A DNA stretch of 64,000 nt from a virus, in the IMG/VR virus record IMGVR_UViG_3300032241_002567, positions 32,001 through 96,000 of that record; one strand, given 5' to 3'. Numbering within the stretch: the stretch's first letter is position 1; each line of letters begins with the position of its first letter. Below, piece by piece: positions 39,701 through 51,000 of the stretch. The notes beneath the pieces are model-generated. The model searched no databases. It worked only from the letters and a program-made list of their open reading frames with translations, and was not told the DNA's origin. The translations under genes and the position numbers were made by a program.

Positions 39701-42541
39701 GATAATAATTATATATTTACAGAACCAGAATATGGTTCAGTTTATATATGGGGTAATTTATCTGCTGGAATTAGTAATACACTTTTTAAATATTTGAATG
39801 GTATAATAACAAGTATTTCATTAACAAATTCAGGTAATAATAAATTAATTTATGATAATTTTACAGGAGATTTATTTTTGTCACAACAAACAGGAAATAA
39901 ATTTAGTAGAATAACTTCAAATGATGTAATAGTTTACACACAAGTTATAGATTATGGTGATTTTGTAATTAGTCAATTTGATGGAGATATTTATTTAATA
40001 TCAAATAGTGGATGTTTATATGTTATTGATTCTAATACTGGTTTTGTAAAGTATAATAATACAACTTCGCCATTTGGTGTAGTTTCATATAAATTAATAT
40101 ATGATCCTGAAAGGGAAAGTATAATTATAGGACAGTATTCTGGTAATTTAATGGAAATTCAAGTTGAATTAAATTCTTCTATAACTTTAGCTTTTAGTCA
40201 TTCAACTGTTCAATCTATAAATGATGGCTATTACGGCACATTAAATTCATCTTATGAGCCTATTAATGATATATGGCTGAAAACTAGACAATATTTAAGA
40301 GATCCAAGATATAATTATAGCAATTCGGGTGAATTACCAGCACAATTTGTTTATAAATTTATTGATGACCAAACTCCACAAATTTTTATGTATGACGTTT
40401 CGGGAAATCAATTATTAACAGGAACTTCATATTCTTATATTGGTCCTAAACCATTAGAAAATGCTGTTCTAAATTCCTCGCCAAATATGGATTTATCTTT
40501 AGTTAGCGATCCGACAGCTCAACAAACTATTTTCTCAGAAATTAAATATACATTAGATTATTTGGATTCATCAACAGATATTTCTTTATTACCAACTCCA
40601 TTAGAATTGTTTTTAGGTTATAATAATATAAATGAAGGTTATGATACAACTACATTAAAAATGTATATGAGATGGGATGTTTCTTTAACGATAAATTATA
40701 ACAGTATTTTATCCAATGACATCACATTTACAGATAAGGGAACTTCTTCAACATATCCAAATGGTTACGGTTACATTACATTCGATATAAATTCAACTGA
40801 ATCATTTTTATATAAAAGCGATGGAAGTGTTACAGGTTTACAAGCTGGGCAAAGTATTCAATTAAGTGTTACAGATGTAACTAATTTAAATAATAAATAT
40901 TTGTCTATGAATAATGGACAACAATTTATTATTGATTCAATTTCTAATAACCAAATAGTTGTAGAATATATTATAAATAGTTATGGTTATAAGTCATATT
41001 TAACTGATGAAAATACAATTATAACAAATTATCCACAATCAGGTGGTGAAACTTATTTACAAGTAACTTTTACAACAATAGATAGAGAAGTTGCTTCTAT
41101 GAAATTATATGGACAAACAGAAATAGAAGATGTAAGATATGCTATTGAATTATATAATTCCGGAGGACATGTTATAAATCCAGAGGATGCTTTTATTTTT
41201 AAAACTTATGATATAAATGAAGGTGGTGTTGATTGGAGATTTCTTAATAAGAAAAGAAAAGAAATGTTAATTGTTAGAAATCAAATATTTCCTTATGTTG
41301 GTTCTTATAGAGCTATAATAAATGCAATAAATTATTTTGGTTACAATGATTTAGTTTTAAATGAATACTATAGAAATATAAATATTAATTCTCCTAATTT
41401 TTATAAATTATTTAAGGTACAAATACCTGATATTTTCCAAAATAATACAGGTTTCACAGTTATGGATTATATAGCAGATACTATGCCTAATCCAAATTTT
41501 GAAGAAACTAATCTATTAAATTTAACCTTTCCTATTACAGATTTTTACGGTAATTGGATTCTTTTATATTCATTAGACGAAATAATAATTAAATTACAAG
41601 GTTTGAAAAATTGGTTAGAAGCACACGTTATACCAATTCAATTTAGAATTTTAGATATTTCAGGAGATGCTCATTTTCCAGCTCCGGTTTCAATAATTCA
41701 TAAACCATTTTCTAAAAAGACATTTAAAGTTTCACAAACTATGACTCCAATTGATTTTGATATGAATGAAGCATATTTGATGCCAGTAAATAGTGGTTCA
41801 ACTGTTTACAATGCTGTGATTGATTTTAAGTGTTCTAAAACTCAATTAGATAAAGTCCCAAACTACTTTACTATTTTAATAAGAACTTATAAAACATATA
41901 AAGAATGGGATCCATTTATCATCTATAGTATAGGAGACGAAGTTACATATTACGGAAAAATTTATGAATCTGCTATAAATAATAATAAATTAAATAATCC
42001 TACACAATACGATTATGTAAATCAATGGTATGCAACTACTGAATATTTTAATGGACAGTTAGTTAATTATAATAATCATATATATGAATATTTAGGAACA
42101 GAATCTTCTTTTATAGTTTTTGCAACACAATCTTCTTCCGGAACATATTCAATACCAACACCTTATCAAAGTTCATTATGGTTAGATATAAGTCAATGGA
42201 TTCAACAGGATTTAGTTCCAGTTCAAACTATATTTGAATATAGAAATGTGGATATTAATTCTCTAACTTATTCAGAGTCAACTTATAAACCTTTATTTTA
42301 TCCTAATAATCCACCAGAATTGTTAACTATACAAGTTTCTAAACCTTTCAATTTTAGTGTTGATTCTAATATAGATCCATTTATTACAATAGAAGTAACA
42401 TCAGATAATGGTTATGGATTAACCTATACTTATAAAAAGAATTATGAAATTAGAGGTCTAAACGATTTATCTTCAGGAATACAACCAACTGATTCAATAG
42501 GGCCTTTTACACCAATTAATCCAATCACTAATCATATATAA
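36737..42541 (+). CDS. Large virion/baseplate protein (1934 aa) with beta-propeller-like region
   Basis: Late promoter; GSYRAIINAINYFGY..L...EY baseplate-wedge-like motif; W.....Y..GD.V.Y.G..Y carbohydrate-binding-like repeats. Confidence 0.75.
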   Translation: MNNLLWFNSQGDALNLPPDPNTGIYTGTLFFEENSSDTYKTIGLYLFESVPSVSLQSINGDLSTQKFQLFNENRFTITGNSFFTQSVISIQASNNRPDFYSKWIYGNNFDTMYPVGSSIQFSKPVFEFVNPLETYTVTSVQKDAIMIISSTDNKSFTTLYSSLTFSNVYISGVNTIGIYDYRRGFIDELSTWNEQKFYNLVYNGKKLTIVNSTASSDTLIKSSDNNQIVTIQNSTLLDRKYWKYNINALSYTQSIDLNVTLTLTGDLPSVYNGRITLTGSSVYFSNPIPQTIFKPGIQFTIANSLYNSNEITVASIPNFITTNVLTYYATQSQTIWNNLIYQCLQSYTWTATSSINPDNSNYWTSSITYLPSQNALIYEDILNTQVHLVNNVFNYIQAYTQSNAVTMASFAQNYSSTFEIFDINLYYQNNQLNSDLIWSSNYAQVDYKIGTQSITNIDVVSEFIFSTNEILTPQINTNISENFNYSIVISSIDEFGIRFNINGQIYSENTEWVYNGLDVDQRKTIDLTLRNFVFNNFATLASLGVNIILDSYIYEAEFDFYKDTISFQTIYPNVPFNVSVKLGSLANYYVKNKQIIFNDLGSYLSININNKTYGQVVTSATSSYFSPDIATSLTKWVSNNYSTLRGYGIIVSNIRNILYLNTVDATTILNLNITTNKSSTPGISQWVIKDFTPGNFGILIAGNEVVLAATSSQSFEFSNFATGMVMSVNNTPFPYNNQEYGLIYVDTNQVGLSYQGPFFAETLNECTLSSFTTLAFSPLWYDVETCPPAISITGSSGAYDTNMYGNGFQINYIFTNSYDVLTYDSQNSNVKDLIYLNQYDSIYIGGENITVVTADTLSYITTINLPTSGIIRLIYNSFNNYIYALTNTNILIIDPASNSYVTTINIIPFDILVNQSNGDVYITDGSSSLSIFYSNNFTPTANVIITLSGAGKIEYNIVDEFIYVIGNSLYQINATFRTLESTIAILNPDNNYIFTEPEYGSVYIWGNLSAGISNTLFKYLNGIITSISLTNSGNNKLIYDNFTGDLFLSQQTGNKFSRITSNDVIVYTQVIDYGDFVISQFDGDIYLISNSGCLYVIDSNTGFVKYNNTTSPFGVVSYKLIYDPERESIIIGQYSGNLMEIQVELNSSITLAFSHSTVQSINDGYYGTLNSSYEPINDIWLKTRQYLRDPRYNYSNSGELPAQFVYKFIDDQTPQIFMYDVSGNQLLTGTSYSYIGPKPLENAVLNSSPNMDLSLVSDPTAQQTIFSEIKYTLDYLDSSTDISLLPTPLELFLGYNNINEGYDTTTLKMYMRWDVSLTINYNSILSNDITFTDKGTSSTYPNGYGYITFDINSTESFLYKSDGSVTGLQAGQSIQLSVTDVTNLNNKYLSMNNGQQFIIDSISNNQIVVEYIINSYGYKSYLTDENTIITNYPQSGGETYLQVTFTTIDREVASMKLYGQTEIEDVRYAIELYNSGGHVINPEDAFIFKTYDINEGGVDWRFLNKKRKEMLIVRNQIFPYVGSYRAIINAINYFGYNDLVLNEYYRNININSPNFYKLFKVQIPDIFQNNTGFTVMDYIADTMPNPNFEETNLLNLTFPITDFYGNWILLYSLDEIIIKLQGLKNWLEAHVIPIQFRILDISGDAHFPAPVSIIHKPFSKKTFKVSQTMTPIDFDMNEAYLMPVNSGSTVYNAVIDFKCSKTQLDKVPNYFTILIRTYKTYKEWDPFIIYSIGDEVTYYGKIYESAINNNKLNNPTQYDYVNQWYATTEYFNGQLVNYNNHIYEYLGTESSFIVFATQSSSGTYSIPTPYQSSLWLDISQWIQQDLVPVQTIFEYRNVDINSLTYSESTYKPLFYPNNPPELLTIQVSKPFNFSVDSNIDPFITIEVTSDNGYGLTYTYKKNYEIRGLNDLSSGIQPTDSIGPFTPINPITNHI

Positions 42542-42576
42542 TTAAAAAACCTCTCAAATTGAGAGGTTTTTTAATT
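42540..42576. terminator. Bidirectional terminator
   Basis: 18-nt perfect arms between convergent genes. Confidence 0.8.
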
Positions 42577-43328
42577 TAAGCCTTTTCTTCTTCTTTTTGT
42601 TCAGTTTCCTTCTTTTTAGAAGATTTTTTATTTTTTTCTTTTGATTTGTCAGCAGTTATTCCAAGAGCCGCCGCTTCTTTTCTACCCCATTCTTTACCTT
42701 CAATATAAACGCCTTCTTCAAATGTTGCAGCCCAATCTTGTATATCCTTATTCAAGGATTTGGCATTAGTATCATAATAAGATATTACTTTTGATATAAA
42801 ACCAATTTTTCTTAAAATTTCAGCAAACAAATAAGTATCAGATGTTAAACCTTTTGGTTTATATGTGGCTATTAGATGATAAATATATGTAATTTCAGTT
42901 GCATCCGCTGTATAAGTTTTTAACTCTGTATCATTTTTTGCGTCTTTATTAGTTTTAGATATTTCCCATTTACCCAACATATCAGTTAATTCTATAGCTA
43001 GAAATACTGTATTTACATCATATTCTAATTTAGAAATAAGAAGATTTGTTAAGAAATTATATTGCTTTCTATTTAAATAGAAAGTAAATTTCATACCTTT
43101 TAATTTTTGAACGTATTCTTTCCAAGCTGATTGCGCTGAATAATAAAGATTATCTTTCTCATGTTCACTTTTGCCTAAACCATGTTCGTTAGACATTAAA
43201 TTTTCCAACTGAGAGATTTTTGTGTCTAAAAAAATTTCATCCTCAAATGAAATGACTCTTAAATTTTGATTATTTTCAAATGTTGAAACTTCCGGTTTCA
43301 CTACATGTGTTTCAATTAAATTTTGCAT
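42576..43328 (-). CDS. Hypothetical protein
   Basis: Open frame with typical codon usage. Confidence 0.7.
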   Translation of the reverse strand: MQNLIETHVVKPEVSTFENNQNLRVISFEDEIFLDTKISQLENLMSNEHGLGKSEHEKDNLYYSAQSAWKEYVQKLKGMKFTFYLNRKQYNFLTNLLISKLEYDVNTVFLAIELTDMLGKWEISKTNKDAKNDTELKTYTADATEITYIYHLIATYKPKGLTSDTYLFAEILRKIGFISKVISYYDTNAKSLNKDIQDWAATFEEGVYIEGKEWGRKEAAALGITADKSKEKNKKSSKKKETEQKEEEKA

Positions 43329-43372
43329 ATTTTTTTTATTTTTGTATTAACAATTTATTAATTTGTTTATTT

Positions 43373-43822
43373 TTAGCTTATAAAATCATTATCAAAATCT
43401 GTACTTACAGTCAATTCTTTTGATAAATCTGCTAATTGATTAGCTCTTGATATTTTTTCAATGCCCCATTTTTTGATTAATGAAGAAAATGTGCTAATAT
43501 CTGGTTTTATCAATTTAACTTTACCAGTTTCAATATTAAAAGATATTTTATCTATCTCTTGTTCAAAGAGAATATTTATAGATTCGTCATCAAATTTAAC
43601 CATTAATTCTTCATTTATAGAAACTAAAATATGTTTATTCAAAATATATTCATATTGATCTGATAATTTTGATATTTTACAAACTACTTTTTGAGATGAA
43701 TTTCCAATGAAATGAAATGATACATCATTTAATAATTTTTTCCTAACTATTTCCGAAAATGTATTAATTGTTTCTTCAGAAACTTCATAATACTTAACTA
43801 TGGCTTTTATTTCTTTACTCAT
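43373..43822 (-). CDS. Hypothetical protein (possibly degenerate phage metallopeptidase-like)
   Basis: ILFEQEI...KPDI..F...KKWG; no HExxH. Confidence 0.6.
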   Translation of the reverse strand: MSKEIKAIVKYYEVSEETINTFSEIVRKKLLNDVSFHFIGNSSQKVVCKISKLSDQYEYILNKHILVSINEELMVKFDDESINILFEQEIDKISFNIETGKVKLIKPDISTFSSLIKKWGIEKISRANQLADLSKELTVSTDFDNDFIS

Positions 43823-43866
43823 AAATTTTTATTTTTTAATTATACTTATGATTTCTGAGAAGTTTA

Positions 43867-44301
43867 TTAATGTAATAGATATTTTATAATACAAGCAAGT
43901 AATAAACTTACAATAATATAAGGAATGCTTTTATAAAGATTCATATAAAGATTATTTGATTTAAATAGAGAAAATCCATAAATAATTAAATAACTATATT
44001 TATCAACCTTTTTAATATCATAAAAATCATATAATTCATTAAGTCCTTTTTGATTTAAAAATTTAGATAATTCATTAGTATAATCTTTAATAAAATTTTG
44101 TGATATAGAATTTATATCAGCTGTCCTCATACTAAAATTTTCACCAAAATTTTCTTCGGCTATATTAAGTACAGTGTACATTCTACTTGCTCTATCGATT
44201 CTTATTTTGAATTGAGCTTCCAGTTGAGTCTCAATTTCTTTAATCGTTTTCTTATAAAAGAAAAACAATTTAACTTTTTTCCAAAAAGATATATTTTTCA
44301 T
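43867..44301 (-). CDS. Hypothetical protein with C-terminal TM anchor
   Basis: RIDRASRMYTVLN; hydrophobic C-terminus. Confidence 0.65.
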   Translation of the reverse strand: MKNISFWKKVKLFFFYKKTIKEIETQLEAQFKIRIDRASRMYTVLNIAEENFGENFSMRTADINSISQNFIKDYTNELSKFLNQKGLNELYDFYDIKKVDKYSYLIIYGFSLFKSNNLYMNLYKSIPYIIVSLLLACIIKYLLH

Positions 44302-44332
44302 AAAAGTTTTTATTTCTATTTATTAAGAAAGT

Positions 44333-47221
44333 TTATCTTCCATGTGTTTTTCTTGACATTGTATCATGTTTTAATTCTGAAATAAGATTATCAAGTCCGG
44401 TTTTTAAACTTCTAATTGCTGCTGGTATTTGGTTAAGTGTAGCAAGATTATCGGTATTTGTTTTTATATTATTTAAAACTTCTAAAATTTCATTATTTTT
44501 ACCACCTTTTGTTGGCACATTAAGTGTTTTTGAAGCTGTTGTTTCACCACCTTCTTGTAACATATTAATAGTTTTAACAAATATTCCAGCTTTTTCTTCA
44601 AGAGCATCCATCATCTTTTCGAATTGATCAGAATCCATTAAAGACATTAAAACTATGCTACCAGACATCATGTTTAATGCATTTAATTTTTCTATATTAA
44701 TTTTATTCAATTCTGAATTGAGATTTTTTACACCTTTAGCTAATAAATTATAATCATCAGCTAATCGAGCAATCCCTGAAGATATACCCAATAATGAACC
44801 AAAATTAAAATCATCATCATATCCATTATCTTTTAAATATTTAATTATATCAACATAAGATTTTATGTTACCAGAAATACTTTCAACAAAATTTGATGGT
44901 ATTATTGTAGTAAAATTACCACCACTTAAAGATTCAGCTAAATCTACTATACCTCTACCAATTGCTTTTGGCATTCTTTCTAATGTATCAGTGCTAATAT
45001 CCTTTGCATTAACCATAGCATCAAGAGCGGGTTGGAAAGCAGATATTGCTTTACTTATTGAATCCGACCAATCTGATTTTGGTCCTCCTTTCCATATATC
45101 TCCTAGTTTTGGATCTCCGAGTAATTGTGCTGTAGAAACCAGAGCTTTTCCTATGCCATAAAACATATTTTCGATTTCTTCTGGTGTAATTTTATTAAAA
45201 AATCCACTTCTTTCTTTAAGCACATCAAATACAGGAGCAAAAGCACCAATTGCAGCGCCAACACCTGCAGACCAATCGGATGATGGATATGAACCTTTAA
45301 AGGTAACTTTATTTTCATTGAAAAATTCAGCAGCTTTTACTATTGCATTGCTAATTCCAACAATTATACCGTTATCGCCTGTAAAATCTTTTATATTTAA
45401 ACCGCCTTTAAATAATCCTAATATACCACCTTTATTTAAATTTTGAATTACGGGAGCAAAGGCTGATATTGCTAAACCCACACCTTCGGCCCATTTTTCC
45501 GTTGGACCATCTTTATAATTTCCATCTTTTAATTTTTTTGATACTTCAACTATTGAATCAGCAATAACAACCATTCCGATAGCACCGGCAGCTAAAATGC
45601 CAAGTCCCGCCCCAAAAGAACCAACTATAAATCCACCAAGCATCAACATATTTAAACCGAAAGCTGTAATAGAAAGTCCAACACCTTGTGCCCAATCTAA
45701 AGATGGATAATTTTTAAAATCAGCTTCTTCAAATATTTTAGCAACTCCCAAAATTGCCCCACTAATTAAAATGACACCTACAACACCTAATAAAAGAGCA
45801 CCAGCGCCAATTCCACTTGTCATTGCTGCTCCAATTAATATCATATTAAGTCCAAAAGCTAGTATTGATAATCCAGTTCCTATTGCCCAATCAATAGGTG
45901 GTTGATTGGTATAATTTCCCATTGCTATAAGATGTGAAGCACCAGCCATAGCTCCTGCAATTATTACGACTGCTAATCCTCCTAAAAATGCTTCTTCTGG
46001 TCCGACTCCCATTGATTTAAGTGCCCATATACCAAATCCAAGAGCAACTGTCATTACAGCTAAAGCTATTGATTGTAAAACTATATTAAATAATAATCCT
46101 TTATCAATATTAGCAACTTTTGTTAGTATCCATGAAGATGTCCAAATTGCACCTGCTAATAGGGGAATAATTAAAGTCATTAAAGCAACATCTTTAATGT
46201 TTGTATTTCTCACAGCATAAGATAAAACTATCAAAGGTAATGACATAGCTGTTAAGACTAATGCAATTTCAACAGCTGCTATAGATTTCTTTAAACTTAA
46301 AGGCACTATAAATTGTAAAGCTATTGAGGCACCAACCATCGCAATACTAAATGGTATTAATATTAGTGGTATTTTTATGATATCTTCAGATTTAATATTT
46401 TTTAAATTTTTAGCAATTGTGCCTATTGAATAACCAATTATAGCAAATGTTGCTGCAATAAAAATTGCAGTAAATCCTTTTCTAAAACTTAATGGAATTA
46501 TTGCTTGCATAACTACAGAAGCACCAGCAATAGATAAACCCATTACTAGCATTACAATTGGAATTTTAATTAAATCAACTAAATTAACATCCTTAACCCC
46601 CTTTGTTATTTTTTCTATACTAAATCCCATTAATGCAAATGTTCCTGAAATTAATATAGCTGTTAAACTCTGTGCAATACTTATTGGCACAATAGCACTC
46701 ATTATCCATGACGCAACTGTAATTGAAGATGCCATGGTGACTATTACAAAGAAAATATCTTTCATATCTTCCTTTTTAATCTTCATGTCCGCAATCAATT
46801 CAAAAGATTTAGCTATCAAAGGTAGTGCAATAGAAAGAGCAATTACAGATAAAAAATTAACTTGACCTATTAATTTAAAAGCCAAACCAATTGCTAAAAC
46901 ACCAGATGCTATCAGCAAAACTGTATTAACTCCATCTTTTATTTTGGATTTTTTATCACTCGCTGTTTCAAAAGTGCTTGGATTTTTCTTTTCTTTTGAA
47001 AGTCTTATTAAAGTCTCTTGATTTTTAAGAATTTGTGTAGTATCTTTTTTAATATCCTGAATGCCTTTGTTAATAGCGTCAATTTTCTTATCTAAATTAT
47101 TAATTTTTTGTATTAATTTACCAGCATCAGATTTCGCTCCTGTTTTATCTTTTACAGCCTCAGCAACTTTATCTAATGCTTTTGTTAGATCATTAAATGC
47201 TTCTAGTATTTTAGCGTCCAT
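44333..47221 (-). CDS. Tape-measure-like protein
   Basis: Coiled-coil N-terminus, long A/G/I/L hydrophobic stretch, repeated P..W..GVG.AI.AFAP, late promoter, near the sheath gene. Confidence 0.6.
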   Translation of the reverse strand: MDAKILEAFNDLTKALDKVAEAVKDKTGAKSDAGKLIQKINNLDKKIDAINKGIQDIKKDTTQILKNQETLIRLSKEKKNPSTFETASDKKSKIKDGVNTVLLIASGVLAIGLAFKLIGQVNFLSVIALSIALPLIAKSFELIADMKIKKEDMKDIFFVIVTMASSITVASWIMSAIVPISIAQSLTAILISGTFALMGFSIEKITKGVKDVNLVDLIKIPIVMLVMGLSIAGASVVMQAIIPLSFRKGFTAIFIAATFAIIGYSIGTIAKNLKNIKSEDIIKIPLILIPFSIAMVGASIALQFIVPLSLKKSIAAVEIALVLTAMSLPLIVLSYAVRNTNIKDVALMTLIIPLLAGAIWTSSWILTKVANIDKGLLFNIVLQSIALAVMTVALGFGIWALKSMGVGPEEAFLGGLAVVIIAGAMAGASHLIAMGNYTNQPPIDWAIGTGLSILAFGLNMILIGAAMTSGIGAGALLLGVVGVILISGAILGVAKIFEEADFKNYPSLDWAQGVGLSITAFGLNMLMLGGFIVGSFGAGLGILAAGAIGMVVIADSIVEVSKKLKDGNYKDGPTEKWAEGVGLAISAFAPVIQNLNKGGILGLFKGGLNIKDFTGDNGIIVGISNAIVKAAEFFNENKVTFKGSYPSSDWSAGVGAAIGAFAPVFDVLKERSGFFNKITPEEIENMFYGIGKALVSTAQLLGDPKLGDIWKGGPKSDWSDSISKAISAFQPALDAMVNAKDISTDTLERMPKAIGRGIVDLAESLSGGNFTTIIPSNFVESISGNIKSYVDIIKYLKDNGYDDDFNFGSLLGISSGIARLADDYNLLAKGVKNLNSELNKINIEKLNALNMMSGSIVLMSLMDSDQFEKMMDALEEKAGIFVKTINMLQEGGETTASKTLNVPTKGGKNNEILEVLNNIKTNTDNLATLNQIPAAIRSLKTGLDNLISELKHDTMSRKTHGR

Positions 47222-47311
47222 ATTAGTATATATTAAATAAATAACTTCTTAGTGGTTTAAACATAACTTATTAAAATATTTTAATATATAAAGTATAAAA
47301 ATTAATCTGTA

Positions 47312-47746
47312 ATGATTAAAAAATGGTATAAATATTATGTTCTAAAAGAATCTGTAAAAGAGATAGAACTTAATAAAATTTTGGATAAAATATCCAAAGG
47401 CGAAAGTTTAACCATTAGAGAAGATAATTTTTTGAATCTTTATAATCAAACACAAGACGATGATTTAAATGATTATGCTTATCTTTCAAGAAATATAGCA
47501 ATATCTAAAGTTTCTGATTATTTAGAAAAAAAGAAAAAAATCTGGTGTGATTTGAACGATAGAGATGGTAAAATTGGAGATTTAATTATTAAAGTTTATA
47601 AATCAGAATACAAATTGATACTTAGGCACGGAGAATATATGATGAGTGATAATATGTTATACAACATAACTTATAATATTAAAAAGGATGAATATTCATT
47701 AACAACACAAGATGAATATTATGAAGAAATAAATGTAAATAAATGA
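47312..47746 (+). CDS. Hypothetical late protein
   Basis: LNKILDKISKG..LT..E..FL (DUF6576-like); TAATATATA upstream. Confidence 0.65.
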   Translation: MIKKWYKYYVLKESVKEIELNKILDKISKGESLTIREDNFLNLYNQTQDDDLNDYAYLSRNIAISKVSDYLEKKKKIWCDLNDRDGKIGDLIIKVYKSEYKLILRHGEYMMSDNMLYNITYNIKKDEYSLTTQDEYYEEINVNK

Positions 47747-48009
47747 AAATAAAGAAATTCCAACAATTTTTAGAATCTATCTCTGGCACAGAACTTATAG
47801 GCTCATTAGGTCCAGGTATTGGTAGTCAAAAATTGTCTAACACAATTACATCTAATGATACATCAGTTATTGCATCTGATATAACTGGGAAAATATATAC
47901 TTTTGATGATTATAATGATTTATATGAAGAATATTTAAAAAAAGGTGGCAAACCACTCAAAGATGGATTTATAAAATCTAATTTGGAAATTATTTTAACT
48001 AAACTATAA
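47743..48009 (+). CDS. Hypothetical protein with MKIKKFQQFLES tag
   Basis: ATGA overlap with the upstream gene. Confidence 0.7.
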   Translation: MKIKKFQQFLESISGTELIGSLGPGIGSQKLSNTITSNDTSVIASDITGKIYTFDDYNDLYEEYLKKGGKPLKDGFIKSNLEIILTKL

Positions 48010-48025
48010 AACCATCAAAATAAAT

Positions 48026-48082
48026 AAACATCAAAATAAAAAAAAGCTTCCAATTTGGAAGCTTTTTTTTATTTTGATGTTT
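48026..48082. terminator. Bidirectional terminator, 28-nt arms
   Basis: Perfect inverted repeat around T48054. Confidence 0.8.
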
Positions 48083-51000
48083 TTATAGCGATTGAAATCC
48101 TCCCGCTTGAATTGCTCCTGTTTTAAGTACTGTAATATTATTTACAATAACTGACATTCCCTTAATCGGTTCTATATATGTGTCTAATACACCTATTTGA
48201 TTATCAATTAATGTAGTTGTATTATTCTCTGAATCACACTTGTTGAAGTAATTATATAAACCATTTTTATTAACAAATCCTGCACAAATAACATCAGCTC
48301 TTAATTTAATTTCAGCTCTAGTATCTTGTGTGTTAAATTGCCATTGATAATTTAATAACATATCAACTAAGGCATTTTCTAATTCAATAAGAACTTCTCT
48401 AACATGTAAAAAAGATAATGCTGATTTATAAAGTGTTAATGCTGTATTTTCTGTATCAATTATCCAACCTCTATTCTTTTTATAAATAATTGGATTCATT
48501 TGAGCACCGTTTAAATTATTTATATCAGTTGGTGAAAAATCCATTTCAACACCTGCAATTCCTTGTATTAATCCATTTTGCACGCCAGCCGCAATAGTCC
48601 AAGGAACAATTGAAGTTACATTTGTAGTAAATTTCCTCATATAAGTTGAAGCTACAAACATTGCTGGCGGAACACTTATCGGATTACCATTATCATTTAC
48701 AGTTAAATATGGAGTAAAATAACCTACACAAGTTGTACCTGCACCTTCACCAAAAGAATATAAGAAAGCTGGATTGTTATTTATATCTCCACCTTGTGCT
48801 ATTAATGCTGTATCTAAAACCTTAGTTCCATTTGATAGTGTGTTTGTAAAACTTGGTGAAGATGAATTTTTAAATTGTTTTAATGAAGGCATATTAATGA
48901 AACCTAAACAATTTAATCTACCACCACATATATCAACTAATTGTTGTTTTGAAAATTCTGTTAAACCAAGACCAAAAGAATCAACTAAATATCTAAAATC
49001 AATTGCATCTTTATTGATAAGAGCATTATATAAAGGTGTTCCTTTAGCAACTAAATTTAAAATATTATTTTGTGTTGCTTCTGTACCATCTGGAAGAGAA
49101 GCTTGACGAATTCTAAATCCTTGAAGTGGTATAGCTTTATAAGTAGTCACATAATTATCAAGAGATGAATATCTCATTGTTTGATAAGTAGTTGATGTAG
49201 GGCTTCCAACTGGGAATTTAAATATTGCCGCATCACATGTTATTAAGGATAATGTTGTATCTGCGCTATAAACTTTTTTAGAAATAATTCTTGTTAAATT
49301 TTTAGCTTGTTGTCCTACTTGTAAATCAGCAGAAGAATTATCTTGAAGTAAGAAATCTCCTACAGCTAAATTAGAATATCTACTAGAATTTATAAGTATT
49401 TGATTAGAAACTTGTGTATAACCACTAGGTACAACTATCTCAATTGTTTCTTGATAATTAGATTCATACGAATTAATATTAAATGTCCCATTAATTCCCC
49501 AATTATTAAATAATGAAGTATGATTACCTTGATAAGTATAAAGATCATTTCCAGTTATTTTAATTGTTAAATTATTATTTGAATTTATATTCATTGCTAA
49601 ATAATATTTAGTATCAGTGCTCCATATTCTATTAATATTATATAAAGTTTCAGATGTAACCGAATCAGAAACTAAATAAGTATAAGTATTTGATGTTGTA
49701 ATACCTAAAATAGTAGTATAATTATACCCTATAGGATGTGAACCATATGGATCTGTTTCAATTGTTAAGACTCCATTATTTAATACTGAATCTGGAACCA
49801 TTAGATTGAAATATGATACTCCTAAATTATTATTAAATGGATTACCACTTTGTGCACCCTGTATTGAGATAAAGTTTAAACCATTATAAACAGCTGATGA
49901 ACCAGTCAATCCAGATGTATTTATAAAATGTATTGTTGAGGCTGTATATGTTGCTGTTCCATTTGTTGAAAGAACATTTGCATAAAAATAATCACCTGTA
50001 TTAATTTCACCATTATAATAATCTTGATAAATAGTTGAATATTGTCCTGCTACACCATATGCACTTGCTCCAATTAGTGAATTGCTTGCTGGTAATGAAC
50101 TAGTAATAATTTCATTATCAGAAAGTATTAATTCATTATCACTTGCATAAATTAAAAATCCATTAGCACTATTAAATGTAGGTAAAACATAATTATAAAA
50201 TTGGGTACTTGTAAAGCCCATATTCGAAATAGTTATTGATTTGTTTAATGTATTATCAGTAACTGCACTTATAGACATATTAGCCATACTAAACTTTTGA
50301 TAAACACCTGTACTGTCAATAACAGTCATAATTGCTGCCTTTTCGATTTCAACGGATTCTAATAAAGTTCTTAAAGCATTGAATCTTTTAATTCTTCTAT
50401 ATTGTGTATAGTTTGATGTATCCGGAAATGCTGCTGAATTAGTAAAAGTTAATGTAATAGAATTTAATCCACTTGATGTAATAACATAATCTGTATTATA
50501 TTGCAAATCATTATAAGCAAAACTACCATTACTAGCTGAATTTGTACCAATTGTAATATTACTGTAACTTAGACCGACTATATTTCCACTATTTAAATTT
50601 AATTGCATATAACCTAAAACTATATCAGTAGTGGCTACTGTAGGATTTACACCAGGTGTTGTTGAAGTCACATTGGTAATTGCGCCGGTTGTATCTAATT
50701 TAATAGTGCTTATATAGGAATAAGTTCCTGAAGCTGATGCAAAATTTGTTGCTGGAACAGAAAACGTATAAACACCGCTATAAATATTCACTAAATTACC
50801 ACCAATAATTGCGTATGCTGATTGATTATTATAAACGTTATTTCCAGAGGCAACTGTGTAACTTACAGCAGCTGTAAGTGAACTAAAAGTTGAAGTATTA
50901 AAATAAACACCACTAACTCTTTCTTCTGCAAAAGTATTAGTTCTAATAGAACCACCATATCCATTATAAAAATCATAACTTGGTCCAGGATCTATTGAAT